Source: Fibrobacteria bacterium
GTDB lineage: Bacteria; Fibrobacterota; Fibrobacteria; UBA11236; JADFYW01
Reading direction: 5' to 3'
Assembly (NCBI GenBank): GCA_050294405.1
Contig: JBNKOC010000013.1
Span: 1 to 36,987 of the forward strand
DNA: 36,987 bases
A program made the translations under genes and the position numbers. The notes under the pieces are model-generated. The model did not search any database. It was given only the letters and a program-made list of their open reading frames with translations, and was not told the DNA's origin. Shown one piece after another: positions 36,204 to 36,987 of the stretch (the stretch's first letter is position 1; each line of letters starts with the position of its first letter).

Positions 36204-36987
36204 TGTTTATATAGGCACTATACCTTTTGTTCCCGAAAAGGTTTATTCCAAAGAAAATGAAAACTGGATAAGCACAGAAATCCAGTTAATGAGAAATTTA
36301 GGCTCTTTTCCCTTTTTAGTTTCCGCTGAAGAAGAACAAGTTCAGGAAATTCAAAGTAAGCTTAAGGCGCTTTGCGCCAACTTGGGTTTTATAAACCAGT
36401 CCGCCCTCAGAGATTTTAATGAGAGTGAAAGAAATATGTTACTGGAGCGTATGCTCTGGCCTATTTCTATGGGGGCTCGCTTTAGTGAAGAGAGATTAGA
36501 AAAAGCCTGGATATGTTCTGATGTTAATGGCAAACATTCAGCAATAATAAATAATCAGGAACATTTTTGTTTACGCGGCCATTTCCCCGGATTTCCCGGC
36601 GAGGATCCCCTGGAAAAAGAAACCCAATTTCTACAAAATATTTTAAGTGGAGAAACCTGGTCCTATGCCCCCGAATGGGGGTATTTAACTTCCAACCCCC
36701 GCAGCGCTGGTTCGGGTTTTCACATCATTAGCCTTATTCACATCCCTGGTTTTTTTATCACAAAGGCTCAGGAAAAATTGTTTAACAGCGCTGCTGCCAT
36801 TGGTTTAACCGGGATGGGAATGCCCGATTTAGCTGGCCATGGAAATATGGTATTTATTAGCAACAAGCGCACTTTGGGGAAAAGCCAAGGGGAAATAATC
36901 GCAGATTTTTCAGATAAAGTTTCTGCCTTGTTACAGGAAGAAAAAAAAATACTGCAGCATTTGTGGGAAAAAGACAAGCCTAAAATG
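36190..36987 (+). CDS. McsB-like (ATP:guanido phosphotransferase fold) protein with degenerate catalytic motifs; 3'-truncated by the window edge
   Basis: Not in the ORF track. Manual translation from ATG 36190 is open for 266 codons: ...LMRNLGSFPF...IINNQEHF...WGYLTSNPRSAGSG...IHIPG...GNMVFISNKRTLGKSQGEII. Overlaps the mcsA stop. Confidence 0.85.
   Translation, partial: MSWTDVYIGTIPFVPEKVYSKENENWISTEIQLMRNLGSFPFLVSAEEEQVQEIQSKLKALCANLGFINQSALRDFNESERNMLLERMLWPISMGARFSEERLEKAWICSDVNGKHSAIINNQEHFCLRGHFPGFPGEDPLEKETQFLQNILSGETWSYAPEWGYLTSNPRSAGSGFHIISLIHIPGFFITKAQEKLFNSAAAIGLTGMGMPDLAGHGNMVFISNKRTLGKSQGEIIADFSDKVSALLQEEKKILQHLWEKDKPKM

Overview
A bacterial chromosomal segment, AT-rich and gene-dense, with about 37 CDSs. 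I saw no rRNA, tRNA, CRISPR array or mobile element. Gene content points to a diderm FCB-group bacterium, possibly Fibrobacterota-like (inference only). In order: (i) the start of a surface-polysaccharide locus (wzm, GT4, DegT-type aminotransferase) behind cysQ-upxY, with a promoter/hairpin/ops-like leader; (ii) a minus-strand run of TSP3/OmpA protein, PDZ-TlpA, 2x[4Fe-4S] ferredoxin, archaeal-type geranylgeranyl reductase and a lamin-tail lipoprotein; (iii) mutL, an orphan PAS histidine kinase, an Ig-repeat lipoprotein, an AI-2E permease, a YbiB-like gene and bcp-argA-folE; (iv) lepA-lepB-chorismate mutase-tyrA-aroA-like-TPR; (v) cyclophilin, a histone-H1-like protein with a C4 zinc finger, frameshifted prfB, lysS, lolC/E-lolD, a PEP-CTERM protein, a ~180-nt structured intergenic RNA candidate, and mcsA-mcsB-like genes. 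The most notable points are intact but apparently catalytically dead AroA and McsB homologues, the structured RNA/attenuator ahead of mcsAB, the ops-like leader downstream of upxY, the GGR-ferredoxin pair, and the H1-like/DksA-spaced zinc-finger protein. All motif comparisons were made by eye against remembered consensus sequences and need HMM or structure confirmation.
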